NCBI RefSeq assembly: GCF_001194135.2
Contig: NC_068982.1
Span: 183,936,236 to 183,974,921, forward strand
DNA length: 38,686 nt
Origin: Octopus bimaculoides
Lineage: Eukaryota
Reading direction: 5' to 3'
Of this stretch, positions 10,408 to 21,682 are shown one piece after another. The position numbers and the translations under genes are program-made. The notes beneath the pieces were generated by a model. That model was not told the origin of the DNA. It searched no databases and saw nothing but the letters and a program-made list of their open reading frames with translations. The stretch's first letter is position 1. Each line of letters begins with the position of its first letter.

Positions 10408-11660
10408 CGTGAGTGAGTGAGTGAGTGAGTGTGTGAGTGAAAAAGAGAGAGAGAGAGAAAGAGACAAAGATAGTTGTATGTGAGAGTATGAGTGAGTGGT
10501 TGACTGAGTGAAGAATTAATGAAATAGTGAAGGGCTTTGAACGAGTGAATGAGTGAATGTCAGTGAAAAGTTGAGTGAGATAATGATACGTTGTGTGAGT
10601 GAGTGAGTTAGTGAGTGAGTGAGTGAGTAAGTGAGTGAGTGAGTGAGTGAGTGAGTGAGTGACTGAGTGAGTAAGTGTGCGAGTGAGTGAGTGAGTGACT
10701 GAGTGAGTGAGTGAGTGAGTGAGTGAGTTAGTGAGTCAGTGAGTGAGTNNNNNNNNNNNNNNNNNNNNNNNNNNNNNNNNNNNNNNNNNNNNNNNNNNNN
10801 NNNNNNNNNNNNNNNNNNNNNNNNNNNNNNNNNNNNNNNNNNNNNNNNNNNNNNNNNNNNNNNNNNNNNNNNNNNNNNNNNNNNNNNNNNNNNNNNNNNN
10901 NNNNNNNNNNNNNNNNNNNNNNNNNNNNNNNNNNNNNNNNNNNNNNNNNNNNNNNNNNNNNNNNNNNNNNNNNNNNNNNNNNNNNNNNNNNNNNNNNNNN
11001 NNNNNNNNNNNNNNNNNNNNNNNNNNNNNNNNNNNNNNNNNNNNNNNNNNNNNNNNNNNNNNNNNNNNNNNNNNNNNNNNNNNNNNNNNNNNNNNNNNNN
11101 NNNNNNNNNNNNNNNNNNNNNNNNNNNNNNNNNNNNNNNNNNNNNNNNNNNNNNNNNNNNNNNNNNNNNNNNNNNNNNNNNNNNNNNNNNNNNNNNNNNN
11201 NNNNNNNNNNNNNNNNNNNNNNNNNNNNNNNNNNNNNNNNNNNNNNNNNNNNNNNNNNNNNNNNNNNNNNNNNNNNNNNNNNNNNNNNNNNNNNNNNNNN
11301 NNNNNNNNNNNNNNNNNNNNNNNNNNNNNNNNNNNNNNNNNNNNNNNNNNNNNNNNNNNNNNNNNNNNNNNNNNNNNNNNNNNNNNNNNNNTGAGTGAGT
11401 GAGTGAGTGAGTGAGTGAGTGAGTGAGTGAGTGAGTGAGTGAGTGAGTGAGTGAGTGAGTAAGTGTGCGAGTGAGTGAGTGAGTGAGAGAGTGAGTGAGT
11501 GAGTGAGTGAGTGAGTGAGTGGTAGATGAGTTAGAATTAGACAAACAATGAATGGGTAGATCGATGAGTGACTGAGTATGTGTATGAGTGAGAGACTTCG
11601 CAAAGGGTGTGAGTGAGTGAGTGAGTTAATGAGTGAGAGAGTAAGAGTGAGTAGGTGAGA
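10408..11660. repeat. Long (GAGT)n tetranucleotide array spanning gap 10749-11391
   Basis: Read directly. Confidence 0.95.
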
Positions 11661-12142
11661 TACATCATTGCACAACATCGTTTTCACACCTGAGATATAT
11701 AAACTAGGTCGCAGCAGCGACCAATCTAATCGATAGATAAGATCGATCGTCTCTGATTAGCTGAATCGATAATATTTTTTAACACTAAGCGCCACCTACC
11801 GCATCCATTACCTAAAGCATTACATCAGTTCAGCCAGAGAGTGAGAGGTGGAAGAGGGGCGTGATAAGGGAGAAGGAAAAAAAGACTTCTCTTGCCAGTA
11901 ATGTCACCGAATTTTGTCACGTTGGCGATAATTGCGTAGACAGAGAAACACATACACATACATACACAGAGACGCACATGCACGTAGATATATATACATA
12001 AACACGCATATTTTTTTGTAAGTGGGTGTATAATTATTTCTATATATACTGACACATGCATGTATGTATATGTATATGTAGACATACATATGTACATGTA
12101 AATGTGTGTGCGTGCGTGAGTGTGTGTATATGTGTGAGTGTG

Positions 12143-12194
<52 letters not shown>

Positions 12195-12266
12195 TGTGCG
12201 TGTGCGTGTGCGTGCGCGCGCATGTGTGGACATAAATATATAAAAGTGTAAATGTAAATATACATA

Positions 12267-12677
12267 GGCGCGTGCATGGTTATGTGGTAAAAAATTTGTT
12301 TCCCAACAATACAGTTTTGTGTTCAATTTCACTGCCTGCCACTTTGGGCATGTGATTTCTTCTATAACCCACGGACCGATTAAATGCTTTAGATTGGATA
12401 TTGTAGACGGAAACTGAAAGAAGCCCGTCGAATATATATATATATAAATGTGTGTGTGTGTGTGTGTGTGTCTTTGCGCTTGTGTCTGTCCTCATTACTG
12501 CTTGACAACTGGTGTTCGTTTGTTTACGTCCTCGTAACTTGGCAGTTCGGGAAAAATGACCAATAGAATAAGTTCCAGACTTATTATGATAGCTCTGAAG
12601 TCGATTTGTTCGAATAAAAAGCCTTCAAACTGTTGCCCCAGCATGGACGCAGTCCAGTGACTGAAACAAGTAAAAGA
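12267..12677 (+). mobile_element. Degenerate full-length SINE family B with internal (AT)n/(GT)n and a downstream (CATA)n
   Basis: Decayed tRNA head, AGACGGAAACTGAAAGAAGCCCGTCG, microsatellite, body, and 3' end CCCCAGCATGGACGCAGTCCAGTGACTGAAACAAGTAAAAGA. Confidence 0.75.
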
Positions 12678-12696
12678 TTAACGATACATACATACA

Positions 12697-12730
<34 letters not shown>

Positions 12731-13076
12731 CATACACACACACATACACGTGCGCGTGTGTGGGGTGTGTTATTGTAATGCAATCATTCTTACAAAACTA
12801 GCCTCGTTTTCGTCTCAACAGAATTTGTCACAGCTTGATTCTTTAACAAACTCATTTGAGAAAGAAACTAGACTAGTTTTGTAAAAATCCCATCCTGGGT
12901 CTTTTTTCTTTCTTTTATAATACATTCACACTACATCTCTGCAATGAGCACTTTTCCAAAAATTATGAATATCTTTCTTCCCATTTAACGTAAATATACC
13001 AGAACAATAGTATGTGTGTGTACATGTTGTATGAATTAAAAACGTCGTAGTACGTGTTACCGTACATGTAGGTCAG

Positions 13077-13078
<2 letters not shown>

Positions 13079-13149
<71 letters not shown>
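13079..13149. repeat. (GATA)n microsatellite
   Basis: Read directly. Confidence 0.95.
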
Positions 13150-13150
<1 letters not shown>

Positions 13151-13412
13151 TTTTCTTGAACACGCATTCATAACGTATAAAACTTTTCCACCTGAGACAC
13201 ATCAAACCCACTTTAAATTTATACTTATATGATGAGTATTACGTGTGACTGTTACTGATCATAAGCAACATTTGCGACAATCAAACAGATGAACTATCAT
13301 AGCTTAAATCCAACGCCCTCATACATTTGATGTACCCACATCCACAATTTACAATCTACTATAAGCACTTACTGCAAGGAAATACAAATCACAACTGAGC
13401 ATAACTGCTTAG

Positions 13413-13413
13413 G

Positions 13414-13457
<44 letters not shown>

Positions 13458-13733
13458 GGCACTCCGTCGCTTACGACGTCGAGGGTTCCAGTTAATCCGA
13501 TCAACGGAACAGCCTGCTCGTGAAATTAACGTACAAGTGGCTGAGCACTCCACAGACACGTGTACCCTTAACGTAGTTCTCGGGGATATTCAGCGTGACA
13601 CAGTGTGACAGGGCTGACCCTTTGAATTACAGGCACAACAGAAACAGGAAGTAAGAGTGAGAGAAAGTTGTGGTGAAAGAGTACAGCAGGGTTCGCCACC
13701 ACCCCCTGCCGGAGCCTCGTGGAGCTTTTTAGG
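13413..13733 (-). mobile_element. SINE family A copy with expanded (CAA)n tail; head lost in gap 13734-14047
   Basis: Reverse complement aligns closely with about 1055-1337. Confidence 0.9.
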
Positions 13734-14169
13734 NNNNNNNNNNNNNNNNNNNNNNNNNNNNNNNNNNNNNNNNNNNNNNNNNNNNNNNNNNNNNNNNNNN
13801 NNNNNNNNNNNNNNNNNNNNNNNNNNNNNNNNNNNNNNNNNNNNNNNNNNNNNNNNNNNNNNNNNNNNNNNNNNNNNNNNNNNNNNNNNNNNNNNNNNNN
13901 NNNNNNNNNNNNNNNNNNNNNNNNNNNNNNNNNNNNNNNNNNNNNNNNNNNNNNNNNNNNNNNNNNNNNNNNNNNNNNNNNNNNNNNNNNNNNNNNNNNN
14001 NNNNNNNNNNNNNNNNNNNNNNNNNNNNNNNNNNNNNNNNNNNNNNNCTCTCGCCCTCTCGCCCTCTCTCGCCCTCTCGCCCTCTCTCGCTCTCCCTTTC
14101 TTCTTTCTCTCTCTCTCTCTCTCCTAGTTTCGAAGATCAAAACTTAATAAGCAGACATGGCCGAAGCGT

Positions 14170-14471
14170 CATCATCCTCATCATCATCATCATTAACCAT
14201 GGGCATTACTGCCTCGAGTCCTAGGGTTCGTAAGGCCGGCAACCCGATTTCTATGGCGTATAAGTGATCGGGATCGCAGCAATCCCCCTGAACGGGATCC
14301 CAGTCTATCACAGAGTCACTCACTTTACAGCTGAGTGAACTCGAGCAACGTGAAATGAGGTGAGTTTTTGTTTTTTGTTTTTTGTTTTTCAAGAACACAA
14401 CGCACCGCTCGGTCCAGAAATCGAAACCACGATATTGCGGTTATGAATGCAACACACTAACCAGTAGACCA
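14170..14471 (-). mobile_element. tRNA-derived SINE (family C-like) with CORE-like and V/Meta-like central segments and a (GAT)n tail
   Basis: Minus head with GGTTTCGATTTC B-box-like; shares GAGCAACGTGAAATGA...TCAAGAACACAACGCA with 38400-38624; GATAGACTGGGATCCCGTTCAGGGGG resembles conserved SINE central domains (from recall, unverified). Confidence 0.6.
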
Positions 14472-15348
14472 ACGTGGCTTCACCGGCTCCCCACCCCATA
14501 TATGGTGAAGAGAGAGAGAGAGAGAGAGAACTATGACGCATAGGTTACAGTAGTAGTAAAGAAGGGCAAATCAAGATATTGAATTATTCTGAATGGAGAT
14601 CTGATCTGAAAACTGCTTCACAATGGACTTTGCCATTTGCCCTCAAGTACCAGATCGTGGGGCTAAACTAGACAACAGATTAGGTTATTAGGTTAATACC
14701 CATGATGTCAATCATCCAACTAAAAAAGGCGTATTTACAATAATTACGTAAGTCAATAACATTAAGCAGAACATCGATAAAACTGCTCTTGATATCGAAC
14801 TTAAATAGTCCTATTTACATTCAAACATGCAACGTTCGTGCAACTCTACAATCACATTAGCATAAAAGCATGTCGTATACCTGTCAGATGGATACCACAT
14901 GCAACAAATGTCAACCGGATACGTTTACATATCAATAATAGGATACTATAAAAACAGCATTAATTGTCTTCTATGCTCAAGCATTTGCTATAATCACATA
15001 TCTAGCATTTGCTACCATCATGCATTTATTACAATAAAATGTCAGTCATAAGCATGTGAACGTATGCTACAAGCAGTCGTCTGCTTCAGACTATATTCAT
15101 TACATTTACTACAATTAAATACAATCGGAAACGAAACGACTACCACAATCGTACGTCGTAAACAAATATTCGCCACATTAAAAACTTTGCTACTACACTT
15201 TAAATAGTAGGGATCAGTGGAGAAAAAGAGTGGGGGGTGAAATATGGTCAGGGTGGCGGCGAGTGGAGTGAATCATGTAGAAAATCTGACGATAGATTCA
15301 GTTTTCTGAAGTTAATTTTTCTGTCAGGAGAAACGAGACGAAAGCCTG

Positions 15349-15571
15349 TTACGTCATGAAGATTAATGGCAGCGGGCATCAATTGAGTTGAACTAAGTGC
15401 AGACGTCTTGGTAACCGGAAGTTACTAATAGTATTGTGGAGTAGCGTGGTGATATGGGAGGGAGGAGGAGGAGGAGGAGGAGGAGGAGGAGGAGAAAGGA
15501 AAGAGAGGAAAGACAGAGAGAGATTAAAGGTGAGTTTCATGAGAGACACTGTTCGTATCGACACAGTAAGT
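15349..15571 (+). promoter_or_regulatory. Possible promoter plus 5' untranslated first exon
   Basis: TTACGTCAT (CRE/ATF-like) at 15349, AACCGGAAGT (ETS) at 15413, GGA-rich tract, then consensus donors AAG|gtgagt (15530) and ACA|gtaagt (15566). Motif coincidence only. Confidence 0.15.
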
Positions 15572-15619
15572 CAATTAGTAGCGGAAAGTTGCTGATGAAA
15601 TACATTTAACACTATTATC

Positions 15620-15723
15620 TTGATCATCATCATCATCATCATCACCATCATCCTTATTACAATACTATCGCCATCAAAAGCACCACCACCACCACTACTA
15701 CCATCATCATCATTATCACCATT

Positions 15724-15772
<49 letters not shown>

Positions 15773-15895
15773 CATCCACCACCATTACAATTATCAACAA
15801 TCCAATCACCAAAACCATTGTCGTCGTCGTCGTTATCATCATAACCATCAACGTCCCTGCCATCATCAGCACCACACCATCATTATTACCAATGC

Positions 15896-15953
<58 letters not shown>

Positions 15954-16420
15954 GCCAACACCACCATCATTAGCAACATAATTATCGCCATCAGCATCAT
16001 TACTTTATCATATCTCCACCATCATCCACAATACAACCATGATCATCACCACAATCCACATCGTCATCCTCGTCATCATCATCGTCGTCATCATTAATCA
16101 TCATTAATTGTCATTTCAAACCATCCATCATTAAGTATAAAACTACCGCATAACAACTACAGTACTCCTACTACCACCACTCCTTCCTGTCGTCCCAACT
16201 AAGTCCCACATCACAACCACTACAATCACCATGACCACCACGTCCGAAACACAACTCCCTTCTCACCTACCTACACCTCACTACCATCACCACTACTACT
16301 ACATACAGAGAAGTATTGATTTATGCCACCACACACACACAAACACACACAAACACACACACACAAACACACACACACACGAACACACACACAAACACAC
16401 ACACAAACACACAGACACAA
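15620..16420. repeat. Degenerate (CAT)n/(CAC)n trinucleotide tract followed by (CA)n-like repeat
   Basis: Read directly. Confidence 0.9.
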
Positions 16421-16539
16421 CATTATATCTTATAAGGTAATGTCCTGACTCCACTGTTAAACGGTTAACAGAAAGTAATACCGACTAATGATATCAACAC
16501 TGTAGCCATAATAACAATGATATCAATATAACCACGGTG

Positions 16540-16632
16540 GTGGTGCAATGGGCCAGTGGTCATAGGATCGCAGTTTCGATTCCCAGACCGGGCGTTGTGA
16601 GTGTTTAGTGAGTGAAAGCACCTAAAGCTCCA
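16540..16632 (+). mobile_element. 5' fragment of SINE family A
   Basis: GGTGCAATGGGCCAGTGGTCATAGGATCGCAGTTTCGATTCCCAGACCGGGCGTTGTGAGTG...CACCTAAAGCTCCA matches 955-1066 with a deletion. Confidence 0.85.
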
Positions 16633-17075
16633 TATTATATGTATTTATTTTCTCCTAGTTAATAAATAACTCGGACAAAATAAATTGGTTAATAGATACC
16701 AGAGTAGCAAAGATCACAAAATGACTGTAACTCCTGTTTATGAGATAGAAACTCCTTGTTATTTTGGGTACTTGAATATATAAAAATTTAGTAAATGGAG
16801 TAAAACGCAGCTTAAACGTAAGACATTTTAACCGAATATGAGAACTGTAGTTGGAGTTTAAGCTGGTTCCCATGCATTTCCCTGAAGAGAAGATTACATT
16901 CTTATCAACATCACCTATTCCTATGGAAGGTATAATTTGTAATCTTCGAAACATATGTTGGAAATAAAAGTATGCAGTTAACATATGCGTTTTACTCCAT
17001 TTACTAAATTTATATATATATATATACAAATTAAATCTCTGAACGAGGTATTAACAGTAACTGCACGATAAAGTG

Positions 17076-17199
17076 AAGTATATTTGCCACTTAAATGTGG
17101 CTGACCCCTAAGAGTGGATGTTAGGTGTTCTCTTGGGGCTAAAAGCAACAGTAACATCCACCTTTAGGGGTCAGCCACATTTAAGTGGCAAATATACTT
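17076..17199. mobile_element. Foldback/MITE-like inverted repeat: 48-bp arms (46/48 identical), 28-nt spacer
   Basis: 17076-17123 versus reverse complement of 17152-17199; the right arm abuts gap 17200-17611. Confidence 0.7.
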
Positions 17200-17711
17200 N
17201 NNNNNNNNNNNNNNNNNNNNNNNNNNNNNNNNNNNNNNNNNNNNNNNNNNNNNNNNNNNNNNNNNNNNNNNNNNNNNNNNNNNNNNNNNNNNNNNNNNNN
17301 NNNNNNNNNNNNNNNNNNNNNNNNNNNNNNNNNNNNNNNNNNNNNNNNNNNNNNNNNNNNNNNNNNNNNNNNNNNNNNNNNNNNNNNNNNNNNNNNNNNN
17401 NNNNNNNNNNNNNNNNNNNNNNNNNNNNNNNNNNNNNNNNNNNNNNNNNNNNNNNNNNNNNNNNNNNNNNNNNNNNNNNNNNNNNNNNNNNNNNNNNNNN
17501 NNNNNNNNNNNNNNNNNNNNNNNNNNNNNNNNNNNNNNNNNNNNNNNNNNNNNNNNNNNNNNNNNNNNNNNNNNNNNNNNNNNNNNNNNNNNNNNNNNNN
17601 NNNNNNNNNNNCTCTCTATCTGTCTATCTATCTGTATATCTATCTGTCTATTTATCTACCTACCTACCTATTTATCTATCTATCTCTAATTGTCTACCTG
17701 TTAATATATAT

Positions 17712-17930
17712 TCTTTTATTCTTTTACTTGTTTCAGTCATTTGACTGCAGCCATGCTGGAGCACTGCCTTTAATCGGGGAAATCGACCCAGGACTTATTC
17801 ATTGTAAGCCTAGTACTTATTCTATTGGGTTCTTTTGCCGAACCGCTAGGTTACGAGGACATAAACACACTAACATCGGTTGTCGAGTGATGGTGGTGGG
17901 GGACCAACGCAGATACAATACACAAGTACA
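17712..17930 (-). mobile_element. 3' half of SINE family B
   Basis: CTTTTACTTGTTTCAGTCATTTGACTGCAGCCATGCTGGAGCACTGCC...TTTTGCCGAACCGCTAGGTTACGAGGACATAAACAC is the reverse complement of the family B body and tail. Confidence 0.85.
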
Positions 17931-17999
17931 TACGTGCTTGCGCGCGCGCGTGTGTGTGCGTGTCTGTGTGTGTGTATGTGTGTGTGTGCGCGCGCGCGA

Positions 18000-18719
18000 T
18001 GGGTAAATTGTCGCTCTTTTGTTTTTCATTTCGTACCTGCGCATTTTGTTGTTTTAAATTTTGTCGACTACACAGTATAGTAGGGTCAATTGGGCACCGT
18101 CTGTGAGGAAAAAGGCACCTAAACGCAGTTCACTCTGCCAGAAATTTGGAAACGGCATGCCGTACTGCTTGGCTTTCGTGCCGGAAGCTCCAATACCAAT
18201 ATTTCAGAGTGTTTGGGTGTCAATCTGAGTACAGTGCAATCTGAGGACAAGTACTGAAATTGATAAAAATCAAACATGGTGGAAGACCCTATGTCTGACA
18301 GCAGGACTCTGCACCATGCCACACAAGCAGGAGAACCCAGTCATGACTGTCGGGCAATTCCTGCGATTACATCACCCTTAACATCTGACCCACCTAACTC
18401 CCCAGGCTGCAACCCCATTGATTATTATGTGTGGGGCGCTGTTGAACAAGAGACCGACAAAACTCCTTATAACACCAAAGATGAACCGAAGGCAAGGATT
18501 ATGGCAACATTCACCAACTTAGACAAGGAGACCGTCCAGAAGAGTTGCAAGGGATTCCGAAGTCGTCTGGAGGCCGTGGTTGAAGCCAATGACTATTTTC
18601 TTGAATAAATTTACTCAAGTATTTCAAGATATTTTTATGTAATTTTGGTAAATATATCTGTTAAAATGAGATGTCAGTATTATTTTCCTCTTTGCGTAAT
18701 TTATACACCGAACCCTGTA
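18000..18719 (+). mobile_element. Internally deleted Tc1/mariner-superfamily DNA transposon of DD37D (maT) type
   Basis: N-terminal HTH-like TQFTLPEIWKRHAVLLGFRAGSSNTNISECLGVNLSTVQ (from 18123) joined to GRPYV*QQDSAPCHTSRRTQS*LSGNSCDYITLNI*P(+1 frameshift)PNSPGCNPIDYYVWGAVE...RSRLEAVVEAND. The Asp codons at 18305 and 18420 are separated by 37 codons plus 1 nt. Right end AACCCTG then TA at 18711-18719; left TIR uncertain. Confidence 0.85.
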
Positions 18720-18722
18720 TAT

Positions 18723-18821
18723 ATACGACGGACTTTTTCCAGTTTCCGTCTACCAAATCCACTTACAAGGCTTTGGTCGGCCCGAAGCCATAGTAGAAGA
18801 CACTTGCCCAATGTGTCACGC
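18723..18821 (-). mobile_element. Fragment of SINE family B
   Basis: CAGTTTCCGTCTACCAAATCCACTTACAAGGCTTTGGTCGGCCCGAAGCCATAGTAGAAGACACTTGCCCAA, matching 27138-27300. Confidence 0.85.
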
Positions 18822-18867
18822 CCTCCTCCCCCGAAATTGCTGGCCTTGTGCCAAAATTTAAAACCAT

Positions 18868-18915
<48 letters not shown>

Positions 18916-18935
18916 AAGCAGCAGGAGTAGTAGTA
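18822..18935 (+). mobile_element. 3' end of SINE family D with (TAG)n tail
   Basis: CCCTCCTCCCCCGAAATTGCTGGCCTTGTGCCAAAATTTAAAACCATTAGTAG matches the reverse complement of 27484-27530. Confidence 0.55.
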
Positions 18936-19638
18936 GTAGGTAGAAGTTACAAGGTAACACGAGGGCCGAGTGTTTTGTTCATGGCACGTAGCAGACTTCA
19001 AATTTTAGTGTCTGTTTTTTTATAAATTGAATTATAATTAATTTTATCTGGATTGTTAGAGAAAAATTGATATTGGAGTGTCTCGTGAAAAGTGAATANN
19101 NNNNNNNNNNNNNNNNNNNNNNNNNNNNNNNNNNNNNNNNNNNNNNNNNNNNNNNNNNNNNNNNNNNNNNNNNNNNNNNNNNNNNNNNNNNNNNNNNNNN
19201 NNNNNNNNNNNNNNNNNNNNNNNNNNNNNNNNNNNNNNNNNNNNNNNNNNNNNNNNNNNNNNNNNNNNNNNNNNNNNNNNNNNNNNNNNNNNNNNNNNNN
19301 NNNNNNNNNNNNNNNNNNNNNNNNNNNNNNNNNNNNNNNNNNNNNNNNNNNNNNNNNNNNNNNNNNNNNNNNNNNNNNNNNNNNNNNNNNNNNNNNNNNN
19401 NNNNNNNNNNNNNNNNNNNNNNNNNNNNNNNNNNNNNNNNNNNNNNNNNNNNNNNNNNNNNNNNNNNNNNNNNNNNNNNNNNNNNNNNNNNNNNNNNNNN
19501 NNNNNNNNNNNNNNNNNNNNNNNNNNNNNNNNNNNNNNNNNNNNNNNNNNNNNNNNNNNNNNNNNNNNNNNNNNNNNNNNNNNNNNNNNNNNNNNNNNNN
19601 NNNNNNNNNNNNNNNNNNNNNNNNNNNNNNNNNNNNNN

Positions 19639-20070
19639 CCAAACTAATAGATGAACATGTTATCAAAAAACTCATCAAACAGAACACAACATGCATTACA
19701 TCCAATCACGAAGCAGCAGTGCAATAAAAACTCCATAATTAAAAATCTTCTCGTCAACAACATACCATAAGCTTGTAAACTACAAAATAAATTAGATGAC
19801 TAATGTAATTTACAAATTTAGATACCAAACACGAAAGTTGTAAACTTCGTCACAGTGTCTCTTACTTTGGGCATACTTGTACCACACTTTCTCTCTGTCT
19901 GACTATGCATCGACGACAATAGAAATTGTGATACAATATATTACAGAACACAATAAAACTAGATTAAAAGAAACATTATAATTCTCTAAATAATTAGAAG
20001 AATGGTCGCAGAAGCTATATTAATGGTGGCATTTAATAGAAAACTTAATACACTTATACTACACTTTCAT
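19639..20070 (+). mobile_element. Penelope-like element fragment (linker plus C-terminal GIY-YIG endonuclease), disabled
   Basis: Frameshifted translation IDEHVIKKLIKQN...NLLVNN...TNVIYKF...YFGHTCTTLSLCLTMH...NIIIL...AEAILM fits the GIY-YIG NVIYxF/YIGxT/E pattern; 19639-19920 is 275/282 identical to 31185-31466. Confidence 0.65.
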
Positions 20071-20275
20071 CAGAAACTGTACCATATACCATGACCAAAC
20101 TATTTTCTGATGCTAAAAGAACCTTGCTGCTAACTGTTAATGAATTTGAGTTTCACTAATCTTCATGTTTTTGATCGGATGCTCTTTGACAGTATGCATC
20201 ACCGATTTTCTCACTCTCACCTATATTCCATCATCTCTGGAATGCCTTAGTGTTCAGTTTATCTTGCACATTATT

Positions 20276-20326
20276 CCTGCATTATTCCTGCTATACATTA
20301 ACGGCCTGCTTCAAGTTACTCCTAAC
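20276..20326 (+). mobile_element. Possible tiny LINE reverse-transcriptase remnant
   Basis: PALFLLYINGLLQVTPN resembles the PxLFxLYINDL motif just before YADD; a (CA)n array follows. Confidence 0.3.
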
Positions 20327-20329
20327 CAT

Positions 20330-20384
<55 letters not shown>

Positions 20385-21066
20385 AAATAAAGATTAGATC
20401 AGCTTTCGTTCCATTTCAATCCTCCTACACACAATTATCATTCGCACGCTACCTAAAGGCTTCCTATCAGACTTGCAGTGTTTTCATGGAAAGAGGCGCA
20501 GAAAATACCACGCCATAATTATTGAGTCCTTTTCATCCTTTCATGCACCAAAACAAAATCACAGTGCGTGTGTGCGTGTGTGTGTGTGTAATATATATAT
20601 ATATATATATATGTATAGACAGAGAGAGAGAGAGACACACAGGGACAGAGAGAAAGATGTATGTATCTGTATATATATATACATATATNNNNNNNNNNNN
20701 NNNNNNNNNNNNNNNNNNNNNNNNNNNNNNNNNNNNNNNNNNNNNNNNNNNNNNNNNNNNNNNNNNNNNNNNNNNNNNNNNNNNNNNNNNNNNNNNNNNN
20801 NNNNNNNNNNNNNNNNNNNNNNNNNNNNNNNNNNNNNNNNNNNNNNNNNNNNNNNNNNNNNNNNNNNNNNNNNNNNNNNNNNNNNNNNNNNNNNNNNNNN
20901 NNNNNNNNNNNNNNNNNNNNNNNNNNNNNNNNNNNNNNNNNNNNNNNNNNNNNNNNNNNNNNNNNNNNNNNNNNNNNNNNNNNNNNNNNNNNNNNNNNNN
21001 NNNNNNNNNNNNNNNNNNNNNNNNNNNNNNNNNNNNNNNNNNNNNNNNNNNNNNNNNNNNNNTATA

Positions 21067-21349
21067 GGCGCAGGTTTGGGTGTGTGGTAAGAAGTTTGCT
21101 TCCCAACTACATGGTTCCGGGTTCACTCCCACTGCGTGGCACCTTTGGCAGTGTCTTCTACTATAACTTCGGGCTGACCAAAGCTTTGAGTGGATTTGGT
21201 AGATGGAAACTGAAAGAAGCCCGTTGTGTATATATATATATTTATGTGTCTGTTTGACAACCGATGTTGGTGTGTTTATGTCCCCCAAACATAGCAATTC
21301 GACAAAAGACCGCCGATATAAGTACTAGGCTTACGAAGAATAACTCCTG
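21067..21349 (+). mobile_element. SINE family B, head through body, 3' end truncated by a foldback element
   Basis: Head GGCGCAGG...TGTGTGGTAAGAAGTTTGCTTCCCAACTACATGGTTCCGGGTTCACTCCCAC; internal short (TA)n; body ends at GAATAACTCCTG. Confidence 0.85.
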
Positions 21350-21605
21350 TAAATAATAATATTGATATAAGCTTCAAGCTTATAAGCGTTTACCGTGTAT
21401 TGGCTAATGAAAATAGTCTAATATTGGGATATATAAGCCCTCGACGGAAAAAAAAGTGGGTAGTAATACGTGTGGGAATCGAACCCACTTCCGTCGAGGG
21501 CTCAAATGCTCCAATATTAGATGTTTTCTATAAGCCAATAGTATTGTCCCAATACACATGAACGCTTATAAACTTGAAGCTTATAATCACTATTATCATT
21601 TACAG
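21347..21605. mobile_element. MITE/foldback-like element with imperfect arms of about 115-120 bp
   Basis: Left 21347-21460 versus right 21484-21605; paired blocks include TATAAGCTTCAAG, TTATAAGCGTT, GTGTATTGG, TCTAATATTGG and AGCCCTCGACGGAA...AGTGGG. Confidence 0.7.
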
Positions 21606-21622
21606 AATATTCCTTATTTAAA

Positions 21623-21625
<3 letters not shown>

Positions 21626-21682
<57 letters not shown>
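21626..21682. repeat. (TG)n microsatellite bordering the largest gap (21683-22602)
   Basis: Read directly. Confidence 0.95.

Noticed and set aside
11696-11722. TATATAAA followed by the hairpin GGTCGC-AGCA-GCGACC (promoter or Helitron end)
   Set aside because: The motifs are short, with no supporting Helitron 5' end or downstream exon.
16655-17029. 124-aa minus-strand ORF
   Set aside because: It starts in an (AT)n tract, has no recognisable domain and has weak splice signals.
21460-21490. tRNA fragment
   Set aside because: Only a T-arm/B-box-like hairpin is present, with no D arm or acceptor stem; reported as part of the foldback element.
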